A stretch of 64,000 bases of DNA from the NCBI RefSeq assembly GCF_006345805.1, contig NC_042999.1:67022001-67086000 (forward strand), read 5' to 3'. Position 1 is the first letter of the stretch; each line of letters opens with the position of its first letter. The position numbers and the translations under genes are program-made. This DNA comes from Octopus sinensis (Eukaryota). The notes under the pieces are model-generated. The model saw only the letters and a list, made by a program, of their open reading frames with translations. It had not been told where the DNA came from and did not search any database. Positions 37,143 to 51,670 of the stretch are shown piece by piece.

Positions 37143-39470
37143 CTAGCAGTAATACCTGTCGTTTCTTGGGTATATCATATAGAAGAATAGCTTTATGGAA
37201 TCCAGTTGACTGCAATGGCAATGAAAAGGTTGCAGGTCAAGTGGAACATCAATGTTCCCATAGCAAAAGCATTGCACATCGTGCATTTGTTTGCTATTTG
37301 TTTTTTAGGGTCTCTTTTTAGCAGACATGTTTTTGGTTAGGGATATCAGTAAATAATAGTGAAATGAAATTACAAATAATTGTGTCAGTGCACAATTAGT
37401 GTTATACCATTGTGTAATTTTTGTTGAGACAAATTTGGCAATAGCATAATAGGAGACATACAAGAAGCATTACTTGTGTGCGCTGGTTTGGTGTTCGTGT
37501 TTTTTGACAGTCTCTCTTTAGTAGACATTTTTGCATTAGGAATATCAGTAAGTAATATCATCATCATCATCATCATCATCATTTAACGCCTGCTTTCCAT
37601 GCTAGCATGGGTTGGACGAATGACTGAGGGCTGGCAAACCAGATGGTTGCACCAGGCTTCAATCTTGATCTGGCAGAGTTTCTACAGCTGGATACCCTTC
37701 TTAACGCCAACCACTCCGAGAGTGTAGAGGGTGCTTTTACGTGCCACTGGCACGGGGGCCAGTCAGGCGGTACTGGCAACGACCTCGCTCGAACCTTTTA
37801 CACATGCCACCGGCACAGGTACCAGTAAGGCGATGCTGGTGAAATGAAATTACAAATGCTGTGTCCTGTTACTGTTGGTGCTGAAATTCTGACGATATAA
37901 TACAGGAATGGAAGGCAAGGTAACAGTAAGTAAAAGCCCATTGAAATTACAAATGCTGTGCCCTGTCAGTAAGATTTAGGTTTACTCATCCTGTATGTGT
38001 GTATTATATAAGAGAAAAGCATGTAATAATTGAAGCAGAAAAAAGATGGATTTCATATACAAACTTTTACTTCTTCTTCAAGTTGCAATCCAACAACTTT
38101 TAGTGTCTGGCCCTGACTTTTATTAATGCTCATATCAGAACCAAGAAGCTAGAAAAATGGGTATATCATATAGAAGAATAGCTTTATGGAATCCAGGTGA
38201 GTGCAAAGGCACTGAAAAGGCTACAGGTCAAGTGGAACATCCATTTGTCACTGTTCCTTTTGAAGTTTGAATAGGTGGTGGTATATCATGAATGAAGCTA
38301 GAAGAATAGCTATATCATATAGAAGAATAGCTTCAGGGAATCCAGGTGACTGTGCGATGGCACTGAGAAGGCCACAGGTGAAGTGGAAGACCCATTTGTT
38401 ATGGTTTCTTTTTACATTTGAATAGGCCGTATGCCCAAGGAGAATTGAAAGATTCAGTTTTAAATCTGAACCAGAGTGAGACTATGACTACAGATTTAGG
38501 CTTGTCCATGTCTCATCCTCATTTTCTGCTACACTTCATGCATTTTTTTGATGTTCGTTTTTTGACAGTCTTTTTTTAGTAGACAAATGCTGTGTCCTGT
38601 CACTGTTAGTGCTAAAATTCTGTCACTATATTACAGGAATGGAAGGCAAGGTAACAGTAAGTAAAAGCCCATTGAAATTACAAATGCTGTGTCCTGTCTG
38701 TCAGATTTAGGTTTACTTGTCCTGTATGTGTGTATTATATAAGAGAAAAACCTGTAATAATTGAAGTAGTAAAAAGAAGGATTTCATACACGAACTTCTG
38801 TCTGTTTAAGTTGGAATCCAGCAACTTTTATTGTTTGACCCTGACTTTTATTAATGCTCATGGCAAAAGAAAGTGGGATAAAATAAAATAAATAATGAAA
38901 TTATTGTATACAGTGCTCAGGTGCACCACAACTTGTCAGAAAGTGCATATAAAGTACATGCAGTAATGTAAAAATGTCTGGAAAGCGAACAATGTATGAG
39001 TCAGATACATGCCTGTGTGTGTATGGAGAGAGAAAATCAGGTGTAGTGTTGGCGAATCTCAGAAAGCATGGAAGTTTTGAAGGATGCAGTGCTCCGACAA
39101 CTAACAACTGATGCCGGCAGTTTGTTCCATGCTTCAGCAACTCTCAGCGTGAAAAAATGTTTCCTGAAGTCATGGGAGCTGTGCTGTTTTCTGACTTTGT
39201 AAATATGTCCATAGGTGTTAGATGGGTGGAGTTTGAAAAGGTGCTCAGAGTTATTGTTTGTACGATGGTTGATAATTTTATGGATAGGAAACTGTAAGAG
39301 CTTAGATTTGAATGGGACAATAGATGGTATAACTGGTATGCAAGGAACAAAGACAGAGTCACGTTTACCACAACCAGTGAGAATATTTGCTTCAATGCAG
39401 TTCATCATAGACTTGTGCACAATTAGTGTTGCCTCCCTTGAACCATTTACTTTCACTTTATGGGTCAAAC
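37143..39470 (-). mobile_element. Helitron remnant with PIF1-like helicase motifs and internal ~0.7-kb duplications
   Basis: NCIEANILTGCG..VFVPCIPVIPS..LLQFPI (~39285-39470) continues after a CR1 insertion as LSFAMSINKSQGQT (~38832-38875). A second MSINKSQGQT lies at ~38102-38133. The 3' end tattactgCTAG|t is at 37143. Confidence 0.8.
38893..39283 (-). mobile_element. CR1-clade LINE 3' fragment inserted in the Helitron
   Basis: Same family as 41491-42108 (RKHFFTLRVAEAWNKLP). Confidence 0.85.
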
Positions 39471-40622
39471 AAACATATGAAAGGACAGAATTTCATTTTT
39501 ATATATATAAATTATATACAGCATATTATAATGACCTACACGTGTTTCTGCTGCAGTGACTTACTCACTGTTGCAAATGCAACACTGCAATATAGTAATG
39601 TTGTCAGTGCAGCTTGTAGGGGGGTGGGGTGTATGTAAATATGTTTTTATGTTTGTACTACCCACATCTTGACAGCCAGTGTTAGTTTAGATCTCTGTAA
39701 CTTAGCAGCTTAGCAAAAGAGAATAAGTACTGAAGATGATTTATTCAGTTAAAAACCCCTTCAAGGTGATGCTCCAGCATGGCTGCAACCTAATGACTGA
39801 AAGAAATAAAAGATAAAGATTTAAAAATCCCTTTTATGACTGCATCTTTAATGAAAGTGAGTTTTTTTTTTTTTCAAATAACATGCTAAGAGAGGTAACT
39901 CAAATATGCCACAGGCATGAATTTTGTTAGATAAGTTACTAAGAAATTTACTGAATACTGTATGTAAAAATTCTTTTAATTTATGGGAATTTCTCTCTAA
40001 GTTAGAGTAAGAAAACAAAAACAAGTGACAATTCTTAAAGAAAAAAAGGAGACGATTTTTAAAAATATGAATTTATCACTCAGATTTGATCTTTATAAAT
40101 AAGGGACAACTATGGACATGTTTCAGTCCATTAGGTCTCTTCAACAGAATACAGTTTGTTCAAGCATACCTGATCAGCTAACAAAGATTTTTTACATATG
40201 GGGTAAAAAAACAGTTATGCATAATTTTTGTAAGAAATTGCACTACCAATTTGTCTCTAGTACTTTCAGAAGTAATCCAAATATTTAGCTGCATTTAGTA
40301 AAATAAATAAATTTTTATGTTTAAAGCTGGTATCTTGAACTTAAAATTATCATGAAATATTTTAATTAAAATATAAACAGTTGCAACAAATAGTTTTGTA
40401 TTAAAGAACCAAAGATACTATCAGCATATTTTCTTTTAATTGCTTAGTTAGAAGAGAAATAGCTATGTCCATTAACTTTTCTATAGCTGATTGGTTGAGA
40501 AATTCACTTCACAACCACAAGGTCCTGGGTTCAATCCTATTGAGGGGTATCTTTAGCAAATATCGTTCTCTATAGCCTTGAGTTAACCGATATCTTGTAA
40601 GAAAAATTTGGTATGCTCTTTT

Positions 40623-41002
40623 TCTCTCTTTACTCTTTTACTTGTTTCAGTCATTTGACATTGGCCATGCTGGAGTACCACCTTTAGTCGAGCAAATCGA
40701 CCCCAGGACTTTGTAAGCCTAGTATGTATTCTATTGGTCTCTTTTGCCAAACCGCTAAGTTACAGGGACGTAAACACATCAGCATCAGTTGTCAAGCGAT
40801 GTAGGGGGGACAAACACAGACACACAAACATATACACACACATGCATATATATCATTATCATCATCATCATTTAATGTCCGCTTTCCATGGTAGCATGGG
40901 TTGGACGATTTGACTGCGGTCTGGTGAACCAAACTCCAATCTGATCTGGCAGAGTTTCTACAGCTGGATGCCCTTCTTAATGCCAACCACTCCGAGAGTG
41001 TA

Positions 41003-41049
<47 letters not shown>

Positions 41050-41212
41050 CGATGGACTTCTTTCAGTTTCTGTCTACCAAATCCACTCACAAGACTTTGG
41101 TCGACCCGAGGCTATAGTAAAAGACACTTACCCAACGTGCGACACAGTGGGACTGAACCCAGAATCATGTGGTTCATAAGCAAGCTACTTACCACACAGC
41201 CACTCCTACGCC
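40623..41212 (-). mobile_element. SINE family A with nested (CAT)n element fragment
   Basis: Family-A halves flank a catcatcatttaatgtccgctttccatg segment (~40855-41003). Confidence 0.8.
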
Positions 41213-41490
41213 TATATACAAAAAATTATATAGAAACCTGATGGTTGGATTGTGATTGCAATTCAAAAAGTACGGTCTTGCCACACCCTATGTCATACAG
41301 ATACAACCTGAGAATTGCATAAGCTCTTCAGCATTTTGAACAACCATACCAGGCCCAAATATTCTACTTGTTTTATGTTCAAGCCAGTCACATTTGACCA
41401 CTTATGCCTACCCTACTGTGTTACTCTAAAAATAAACTATCACAACATCGAAATTTTGAAACTATAAGATTAATTCAAATAAATGTGCAT

Positions 41491-42108
41491 AAACTGAGGC
41501 TTTATATAGCTATGGTGCAGCCTCACCTGGAATTTGCATCACCGGTCTGGAACCCCTATCTTGCCCAGGATATTAATAATCTGGAAACCGTTCAGTGACA
41601 TGCAACCAAGAGAATACCCTCCATCAGGCATTTGCATTATTCTGAATGCCTTACTTCCCTGGGCATGGATACATTGAAACTCCAACGTCAAGCAACTGAC
41701 TTGGCACACACCCATAAAATTATTAACCATTTTACTAACAATAACTCTGAGCACCTTTTCAAACTCCACCTGTCTAACACCCGTGGACACGTTTACAAAA
41801 TCAGAAAACAGCACAGCTCCCATGACTTTCGGAAACATTTTTTCACGCTAAGAGTCGCTGAAGTGTGGAACAAACTACCAACATCAGTTGTTTGTTGTCA
41901 GAGCACTGCATCCTTCAAAACTTCCATGCTTCCTGAGATTCGCCAACACTACACCTGATTTTCTCCCCTCCATACACACGCATGCATATATCTGACTCAC
42001 ACACTGTTCGCTTTCCAGACATTTGTACATTACTGCATATACTTTATAAGCAATTTTGACAAGTTGTGGTGCACCAGAGCACTGTATACAATAATTTCAT
42101 TATTATTC
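41491..42108 (+). mobile_element. CR1-clade LINE 3' fragment
   Basis: LYIAMVQPHLEFASPVWNPY..TRGHVYKI..RKHFFTLRVAEVWNKLP..FKTS, then the 3' UTR ending aatttcattattatt. Confidence 0.88.
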
Positions 42109-42869
42109 TTTAAATAAGCATTACATTTTACAGAGTAATCTGGTGATAAAGGGTTAAAGGTTCAAACATCTCTAGAATGCTCAGTGACTTATATGCTAAT
42201 TCAACTGACCAAACAGCTGAATCCTCTTCATTGAATGATGGAGCCACACCATAACTGACAGATGAAAGGATGGAAATTAATTCTTAGCTCAAAAGCAGAG
42301 CTCAAATTCTTCCAACACTAAAGACTCTGCTAAAAGCACCAAATGACCCTTACTGGTGTTAAATAACACATCATAATAACTCAAATCCCAGAAGGGTTAA
42401 ATACAAGTTTTCTCCTGCAGAAAAAATACAGTTAATAGAAAAGGGTTATATTATATTACACAAATTGAGTTCAAAGAAGGAGGTGATGTCTTAAACTTCA
42501 TCTGCGCAGGATTTTGTTTCAGCAAAAGTTGATATTATACTGTTGCTGGTTTTCTCTTGAGCAACAGACTTCCTGTTAAACATAGATTTGGAGATAACTG
42601 GAATTCCTGTACATATTACACCACTATGCAAATATGTAAATATCTTTTTATCTAACATACGAAAGAGAGCTTTCAGTGTAATCCTTCTCAAAGCTGCTAA
42701 TAGTACATCAAGGTGTGTTGATATCTTTGTAAGTTCATGTGTAAGTGTGTGTATATATATATATATAAACCCATATACATATGTATGTGGTGTGTATGCG
42801 TGAGCGTGTTTGTGCGTATGTGTTGTATAAATAAATATGTATATATGCATATACATATACATATATGTA

Positions 42870-43360
42870 GAGTGAGAGAGGAAGAGAGACAGACAGAGAG
42901 AGAGGGAGAGACTGACAAAGAGAGAGGGAAAGACAGACAGAGAGAGAGGGAGAGACAGCCAGAGAGAGAGGGAGAGACAGACAGACAGAGAGTGAGAGAC
43001 AGAGAGAGAGGGTGAGACAGACAGAGAGAGAGGGAGAGACAGACAGAGAGAGAGGGAGAGACAGCCAGAGAGAGAGGGAGAGACAGACAGAGAGAGATGG
43101 TGAGACAGACAGAGAGAGAGGGAGAGACAGCCAGAGAGAGAGGGAGAGATAGACAGAGAGGGAGAGACAGACACAGAGAGAGGGAGAGACAAACAGAGAG
43201 AGAGGGAGAGACAGACAGAGAGAGAGGGTGAGACAGACAGAGAGAGAGGGAGAGACAGCCAGAGAGAGAGGGAGAGACAGACAGACAGAGAGGGTGAGAC
43301 AGAGAGAGAGAGGGTGAGACAGACAGAAAAAGAGAGAGGGAGAGACAAAGAGAGAGAGAG
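42870..43360. repeat. GA-rich minisatellite (~20-26 bp, gggagagacagacagagagaga)
   Basis: Directly visible; explains the Ser/Leu-rich ORFs in 42491-43399. Confidence 0.95.
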
Positions 43361-45731
43361 ATGTGTTTGTATACATATACATATATTATCTATATACACT
43401 CATATATATGCATAACACACACACACACACACGCACAAATTTATACATGCATGTATATTTATAACATGTACGTCCTTATAAATGAAACCTCCCTAATACT
43501 AAATAGGAAATATACATAGTAGATATCATACCTCCATACCCACAGTTTGCACAGGTAGAGTAAAATAGTTAGTGGACTGTTATGTAGATAGATGTATGTA
43601 TGTGTGTGTGTGGGTGTGAGTGTGTGTATACACATGCTTTGTTTTTTTGTATGTAAGCATATGGATATGAAAATAAACAGATCAACATACAGACGGATAG
43701 GTACAGAGATTATAAGAACAGTCAAGCACACATGCGCAAATGATGGAGACTGAAACAAATGACCACATACACACATACACACTTTACTCCACACAAGGAC
43801 ACGTATGGGAACACGGACCCACACATATAGAGATACACATCCATACATACAAACATGGTACATAGTTGCAAAACACACACACACACGCACACACAGATGC
43901 ATACATATACAAACACATGCTCACACACACACACATACATAGAAAGTACACAAACACAGTCATGCAAGCACATGAATACGCAGGATACATACACATGCAC
44001 ACACATACATACATATATACATATGCATACACACACACATATATACATACACACATGCATACATACATACATAAACACATACATACACACATACATACAT
44101 ATGTACATGCATGCATGCATAGGCACACACACACACTCTGACCCACACACATGCGCACAAACAAACAAAAAGGAATGCAGTGTAAATAACAGACAGAGTC
44201 AAGACTATTGAAAAAGTTGCAAGACGCAATGAAAGTTTTAGGAAAATAAAAATAAGAAATAAGTGGAAATTTTACCAGTGACTGTGTTACATTATAAGGC
44301 ACAAAAAGAAAATGACTCTCCCCAGACACAACAGAATATGCTTCAACACACGAACTCATATAAAGAATCTTGCAAACCAAATCCAAAAATGAAATATATA
44401 TATATAAATGGAACAAAAACGCAATAGAGGACATTAAAACATTCAGACAGATAGGTGATACAAAGGTGGACAAAAGAAACAACAAATAGAAGGACAGGTA
44501 AAAAAAGGCGGGTCATTCGTGGTTTTCTTTCTTCAGTCAAGTTCCAGAAGTCACAACCATTTCGGGCAGTTACACTTGAGATGGTTCGATCTAGTTATAC
44601 ACGTGAGTGGACAAACAAAAGAAGGGCACTTGACCATTTGGTTGACAACTAGCTTTGCGCTTGAAACTCAAGAGTACGAACGAATTTGAATCAAACTGTT
44701 TTGATCCAAATATATATATATACACACACACATGCACATGCAACAGGCTTCAACATGATTTCAAACAAATTAAGGTGGCAAGGAGCTGGCAGAATCGTTA
44801 GCACACTAGATGAAATATTTAATGGTATTTCGACTGTCGCTATGTTCCAAGTTCAAATTCTGCCGAGGTCAACTTTGCCTTTCATCCTCTTGGGGTCAAT
44901 AAATTAAGTACCAGTTATGCACTGGGGTCGATGTAATCAACTTAATCCCTTTGTCTGTCCTTGTTTGTCCCTTCTATGTTTAACCCCTTGTGGGCAATAA
45001 AGAAAAATGATTTCTAATAAATTCACTCACAGGATATTGGTCAGCCAGGGCTATAGGAGAAGACACTTTCCCCAGGTGCCATGCAATAAGACTGAACTTG
45101 AAACCACATGGTTGCGGGGTAAGCTTCTTAACCACACAACCTTCCCTGCTTATAAACCTAATTTTCAGTAGGGGCATAATGATTACATGTTTGTATCTAC
45201 ATTACTAACCAGAGTTTTAGGATGCATAAATTTAAAATATGTTTGTATCCACAACATTAGTGTATGTTTACAATATTTATACCTACACTTCAAATTCCAC
45301 CAAGGTTGACTTTGGCTTTTATCCTTTTGTGGTCAATGAAATAAGTACCAGCTGAGTACTGGGGTTGATGTAATTGACTTTCCTCTTCCTACAAAAATAC
45401 TGGCCTTCTTGCTAAAATTTGAAATTAATATTTATCCCTACACTCTGGTTAACCCATATATGCCCATAAAAAAAATGAAGTCTTAAAATTTCACTGTAAT
45501 TAGATTAAACGTTATGGTAAGCTTTCACAATCTGGAAGAGAAGGAGAGTATGCAACGGTTAGCTACAGGTGTTGACTACCTGCTGAACATTTCATATGCT
45601 TGGTCAGATGCTTCCCGGCAAGTTAATATCCAAACAAGCATAAGCAGGTTTTACATTGCAAAAATGCAACCAGGGGTATATATGGGTTCATATGTTTCAT
45701 ATCTGATCATTGTCTTATACCTGAATAGGAG

Positions 45732-45889
45732 CAGGAGTGGCTGTGTGGCAAGTAGCTTGCTTACCAACCACATGGTTCCAGGTTCAGTCCCACTGCGTGG
45801 CACCTTGGGCAAATGTCTTCTACTATAGCCTTGGGCCAACCAAAGCCTTGTCAGTGGATTTGGTAGATGGAAACTGAAAGAAGCCCGTC

Positions 45890-45927
<38 letters not shown>

Positions 45928-46154
45928 CTGTCTGTCTGTGTGTGTCTGTGTTTGTCCTCCCAACATCGCTTGACAACCGATGCTGGAGTGTTTACGTCCC
46001 TGTCACTTAGCGGTTCGGCAAGAAAGACCGATAGAATAAGTACTAGGCTTACAAAGAATAAGTCCTGGGGTTGATTTGCTCAACTAAAGGTGGTGCTCCA
46101 GCATGGCCACAGTCAAATGATTGAAACAAATTAAAGAATAAAAGAATAAAAGAA
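45732..46154 (+). mobile_element. SINE family A
   Basis: Full-length copy. Further copies at ~15330-16140(-), 48720-49120(+), 55814-56217(+), 57146-57533(-), 59276-59659(-) and 60238-60505(+). Confidence 0.85.
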
Positions 46155-49100
46155 TATGTACCATGCTGCCTACAACTACACCAGAACTAGGATTCTCGTT
46201 TTCTATTTAAAGAATACTAATGTCCCTATCATTCTGAACTACAGATAAACTCAACTGAAACAGTGTAAATATAAATATTGTAAATATCCACTCCAATGAT
46301 CAACTTAATAGTCTGGAAAATGATTATGTCGTAAAGCTTTATGTTCAAACTATTTTTAAATACAATTTATGAAATAATATAATGTTTTCATTTGATTTAG
46401 CTCAATTCTGTAGAATTAAGAGAATTGGAAATTGTGATATTCATGTCTTTCCTAAGATCATTGATAGCTGTAAGTGAAGGCACATGGCTCAGTGGTTAGA
46501 GCATAGAGCTTACGATCATGAGGTTGTGAGTTCGATTCCTGGACCGGGCTGCATGTTGTGTTCTTGAGCAAGACACTTTATTTCACGTTGCTCCAGTTCA
46601 CTCAGCTGTAGAAATGAGGTGTGGCGTCACATGTGCCAAGCTGTATCGGCCTTTGCCTTTCACTTGGATAACATCAGTGGTGTGGAGAGGGGAGGCTGGT
46701 ATACATGGGTGACTGCTGGTCTTCCATAAACAACCTTGCCCAGACTTGTGCCTCGGAGGGTAACTTTCTATGTGCAATCTCATGGTCATTCATGACTGAA
46801 GTGGGTCTCCTCCTGATAGCTGTAGTTAGGAATGTCAATATCATGGATAGGTGTTTGTCATGTGGTTAAGAAGCCTGCTTCCCAACCATGTGGTCTTAGG
46901 TTCAGTCCCACTGTGCAGCACCTGGAACAAGTGTCTTTTACAATCGCCCCAGGCTGACCAAAACTTTGTGAATGTATTTGATAAATGGAAACTGAAAGAA
47001 TCTTATCGTTTATGTGTGTGTATGTGTGTACATCATGTGATGGTTGTAAATAATCATCATCAGAGGAGGAGGAGTGAGGCTATTTGTTTCCAGGTTCTGT
47101 GAAAAAAAAAAGGAAAATGTCAGCCAAATGGGAAACCACTTTCCTTGAAAACATGGGAAAATGGACATTAAATCTTAATGAGTATGAGGGTGGTGGTGGT
47201 GGTTGTGGTGGCGGCGGCGGAGACAACAATACTGACGATGCTGAAGACGATGGTGGTGGTGGTCATGATCATGATCATGATAATGTTGTTGCTGCTGATG
47301 ATGATGATGGCAGCAATGATGATAATGATGACAGTGATGGTGACGATGATGATGATGACAACAACGACGACAACAACGAGGTGGTTTATTAATTTGGATC
47401 AGTGTTACATTTCTACTTTTAAGCATGGATGGTGCCATGAATCTACCATCAAGTAATGCATACAAGATGGCAGCTGGTCAATTTCAGTACATTTTTCATT
47501 CTCAGCATGGTACCAGACAGACATGTCATAACACATTATTAGATAATTAGCAATTTTAAAGGAACGTGTGTGGTCAAGGAAGATGCAAAGCTCTTCCAAA
47601 GAGCAGATCCACAAAAGCAACTTGTAGAAGAACATTATTCAAAACTTCGGAGAAATTTACCAAAGTAATTAACCCTGTAATGATATATCTGTGTGGTGTG
47701 GGTTAACAGTGTGACAATTTGATATTGAGTTGTTACAGATCAAAAGAACACAGATTCTGTTGAGATTTTAAATGAAAATGCATTTATTTCTTTGTGATTA
47801 TCAAAATATAGGATATTGCTTCTATAAATGGCAGAACAGGTATATACACCAAGTTAGTTCAAATTTTGTATGAGATGTTGCTGGATCAGATATAAGAGTA
47901 GAAGCCATCAGGTATTTCTTGGAACTGACTGGTCAGGCTGTGTCACTGCCACTGCTGCTACTCCACTATTGTCATTGTTGCTGCCATCATCCATTGGTAT
48001 TACTGACAAGCGGCGATCTGGCTGAAACATTAGTACGCCGGGCGAAATGCGTAGCTGTATTTCGTCTGCCGTTACATTCTGACTTCAAATTCCGCCGAGG
48101 TCGACTTTACCTTTCATCCTTTTGGAGTTGATAAATTAAGTACAAGTTATGCACTGAGGTCGATATAATCGACTTAATCCCTTTGTCTGTCCTTGTTTGT
48201 CCCCTCTGTGTTTAGCCCCTTGTGGGTAGTAAAGAAATAGGTATTACAATCAAGTATGTGCTGTTACTGTCTCACAAATCCTTTGCTCTGATCAGCTTCA
48301 CTGCTCTCTGCTGGTTATAGACTCAAGGGTATAGACCCCCTTCAGTCATGAATACCCATGGGATTGCACAAGGAAAGTTACCCTCCAAGGCACAAGTCTG
48401 GGCAAGATTGTTTATAGAAGACCAGCAGTCAACCATACATATCAGTCAGCCCTTTCCAAACCACCAATATTATTCAAGGGAAAGGCAAAGGGGCCGATAC
48501 AGCCTGGCACCAGTGACATTGCAAATTATTTCTATAGCAGAGTGAACTGGAGCAACATGAAATAAAGTATCTTGCTCAAGAACATAACAGGAATCAAACT
48601 CACTACCTCATGATCATGAGCCTGACATTCTAACCACTGAGCCATGCTACATATTTAGTGCTAAAAAGCACTAAATATATAGCTGGTGTTCTTATCAGAA
48701 AAAGTGCATCAAAGGCTCAGGCATGGCTACATGGTAAGAAATTTGCTTCCAAACTACGTGGTTCCAGGTTCAGCCCTACTGCATAGGATTTTGGGCAAGT
48801 GTCTTCAACTAAAGCCTTGGGCCAACCAAAGCCTTGCAAGTGGATTCAGTAGAATGAAAGAAGCCTGTCGTGTGTGTGTGTGTGTGTGTGTCTGAGCCCA
48901 TGTTTGTGTTTGTCCCCTACCACCACCTGACAGTTGGGATTGGTAAATTTATAGTTCCTTAACTTCATGGTTCAGCAAGAGATACCAATAAAATAAGAAC
49001 CAGCCTTTAAAAATTAAGTACCAGGGTCAAATCATTCACTAAATTTTTTTCAAAACAGTGAATCAACATGGTCACAGTCTGATGGCTAAAACAAGTAAAA

Positions 49101-50731
49101 GAATAAAAGAATAAAAGAATAATAGAAAGATGCAATTCTATTCCACCAGAAATTTGAATGGTTAGTGTTTTGATGATGTCAGCAATGTTTAAGTGAATTG
49201 TGCTCATGTTGTTGTTTTTGTATCGAGTGCTGGTGCCATGTGAAGAGCACTCCGTCCACTCTACAGAGTGACTGATGTTAGGAAGGGCATCCAACCGTAA
49301 AATCCTGTATAAATTATACAGTAGCCTGGGGTAGCCTTCTGCCTGGCTGGCTCCTGTCAAACCTATTTCTTTGCTACCCAGAAGGGGCTAAACACAGAGG
49401 GGACAAACAAGGACAGACAAGCAGATTAAGCCGATTACATCGATCCCAGTGCGTAACTGGTACTTAATTTATCAACCCTGAAAGGATGACAGGCAAAGTC
49501 GACCTTGGCGGAATTTGAACTCAGAACATAACAGCAGACGAAATACTGCTAAGCATTTCGCCCGGCGTTCTAACGTTTCGGCCAGTTCGCCGTCAAACCG
49601 TCCAACCCATACCTGCATGAAGGTGGACTTTATACGATAATGATACAGTGATCCAGGTTCGATTCTAAGTGCTTTGCAACTGCCAAATATTTCTGCTACA
49701 ACACCTTCTCCACACATACCTACAGATACATAATGCATAGAGAAGGTGCAGGCATGACTAGGTGGTTAAAAAGCTTGCTTTCGAACCATAAGATTTCAGG
49801 TTCAGTCCCACTGCGTGACACCTTGGACAAGTGTCTTCTGTTATAGCCCAAAGCCAATAAAGCCTTATGTGTGAATTTGGTAGATGGAAACTGAAAGAAG
49901 CCCATCACTCCTGATGGATGGATGGATGGATGGATGGATGAATGGATATGTGTGTGTGTGTGTGTGTGTGTGTCTGGGAGTAGGGAATGCATGATTGTGT
50001 GTGTGTCTGGGAGTAGGGAATGCATGATTGTGTGTGTGTGTATGGGAGTAGGGAATGCATGATTGTGTGTGTGTGTGTGATGTCTGTATCGCCACATCAT
50101 TCCATTGCATGAGGATTGTAAATGAGTGTCAAATTTCCACTTGATTATTTTTATTTTCTTAAAATTTTCGTTGCCTCTTGCAACCTTTTCAATAGTCAAA
50201 TTTCCACTTATTTTCCTAAAATTTTCGTTGTGTCTTGCAACCTTTTCGATAGTCTTGACTATTGAAAAGGTACCAAGATGCAACGAAAATTTTAGAAAAA
50301 TGAAAATAAGAAATAAGTGGAAATTTTACCGGTGAGTGTGTTAAATTATAAGACACAAAAAGAAAATGACTCTCCCCAGACACAACAGAATATGCTTCAA
50401 CACACGAATTTATATCAAGAATCTTGCAAACCAAATCCAAAAACGAAAGATTAGTTAGTTAATTGTTGTTTTAATATCATATCAGAAATTTCCCAAAGGC
50501 AAAATTACATTATCTTATTCTTTTATTAATTCCTCTGGTTCGACTGCGACCATGCTAGCGTCTGCAGAAGCTTTGTCGATCTATATTCATGGGTTTATGG
50601 AATTAAGACAGAATTATTGCCCTTTAGAGAGTTACTTCCCTTTAGGCAGTGAATATCATTGGTCATTAGCACTAATATTTGTACATTAATATACAACTCA
50701 TGCGTCTGTGTGTGTAATATAATAATAATGA

Positions 50732-51670
50732 TGATGAAATTATTGTATACAGTGCTCAGGTGCACCACAACTTGTCAAAAGTGCGTATAAAGTATATTCA
50801 GTAATGTACAAATGTCTGGAAAGCGAACAGTGTATGAGTCAGATACATGTGTGTGTATGGAGAGGAGAAAATCAGGTGTAGTGTTGGCGAATCTCAGGAA
50901 GCATGGAAGTTTTGAAGGATTCAGTGTTCCGACAACTAACAACTGATGCCGGCAGTTTGTTCCATGCTTCAGCAACCCTTAGCGTGAAAAAATGTTTCCG
51001 AAAGTCATGCCACCTGTGCCGGTGGCATGTGTAAAAAGATTCAAGCGAGGTCATTGCCAGTACTGCCTGACTGGCTTCCCGTGCTGGTGGCACATAAAAG
51101 CACCCATTATACTCTCGGAGTGGTTGGCGTTAGGAAGGGCATCCAGCTGTAGAAACACTGCCAGATCAAGACTGGAGCCTGGTGCAGCCATCTGGTTCGC
51201 CAGCCCTCAGTCGAAATCGTCCAACCCAAGCTAGCACGGAAAGCGGACATTAAACGATGATGATGATGGGAGCTATGCTGTTTTCTGATTTTGTAAACAT
51301 GTCCACGGGTGTTAGACAGGCGGAGTTTAAAAAGGTGCTCAGAGTTATTGTTTGTAAGATGGTTAATAATTTTATGGGTATCTACCAAGTCAGCTGCCAG
51401 ACGTTGGAGTTTCAATGTATCCATGCCCAGGGAAGTAAGGCGTTCAGAATATGGCAGATGCCTGAAGGCGGGTATTCTCTTGGTTGCACGTCGCTGAATG
51501 GCTTCCAGACAATTAATATCCTGGGCAAGATAGGGGTTCCAGATTTGTGATGCAAATTCCAGGTGAGGTCATACCATAGCTATATACAGCCGCAGATAGA
51601 TAGCCGGAGAGTGGCTCACAAAGGACTTGGTGAGTAATGCCAAAACACCCTCAGCCTTCTTGGCAATTTT
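50732..51670 (-). mobile_element. CR1-clade LINE 3' fragment interrupted by a (GAT)n-tailed element (~51010-51268)
   Basis: Same family. The ORF tracks 51107-51424 and 50872-51093 rejoin across the insertion. Confidence 0.85.

Noticed and set aside
39037-39468. 143-aa ORF as a novel gene
   Set aside because: Chance in-frame fusion of a Helitron helicase remnant and the CR1 ORF2 end.
42491-43399. 302-aa ORF
   Set aside because: Mostly GA minisatellite. The unique C-terminal part has no recognisable homology; a terminal exon cannot be supported.
47084-47465. Acidic and His-rich ORFs
   Set aside because: GAT/GGT trinucleotide tracts at repeat tails.
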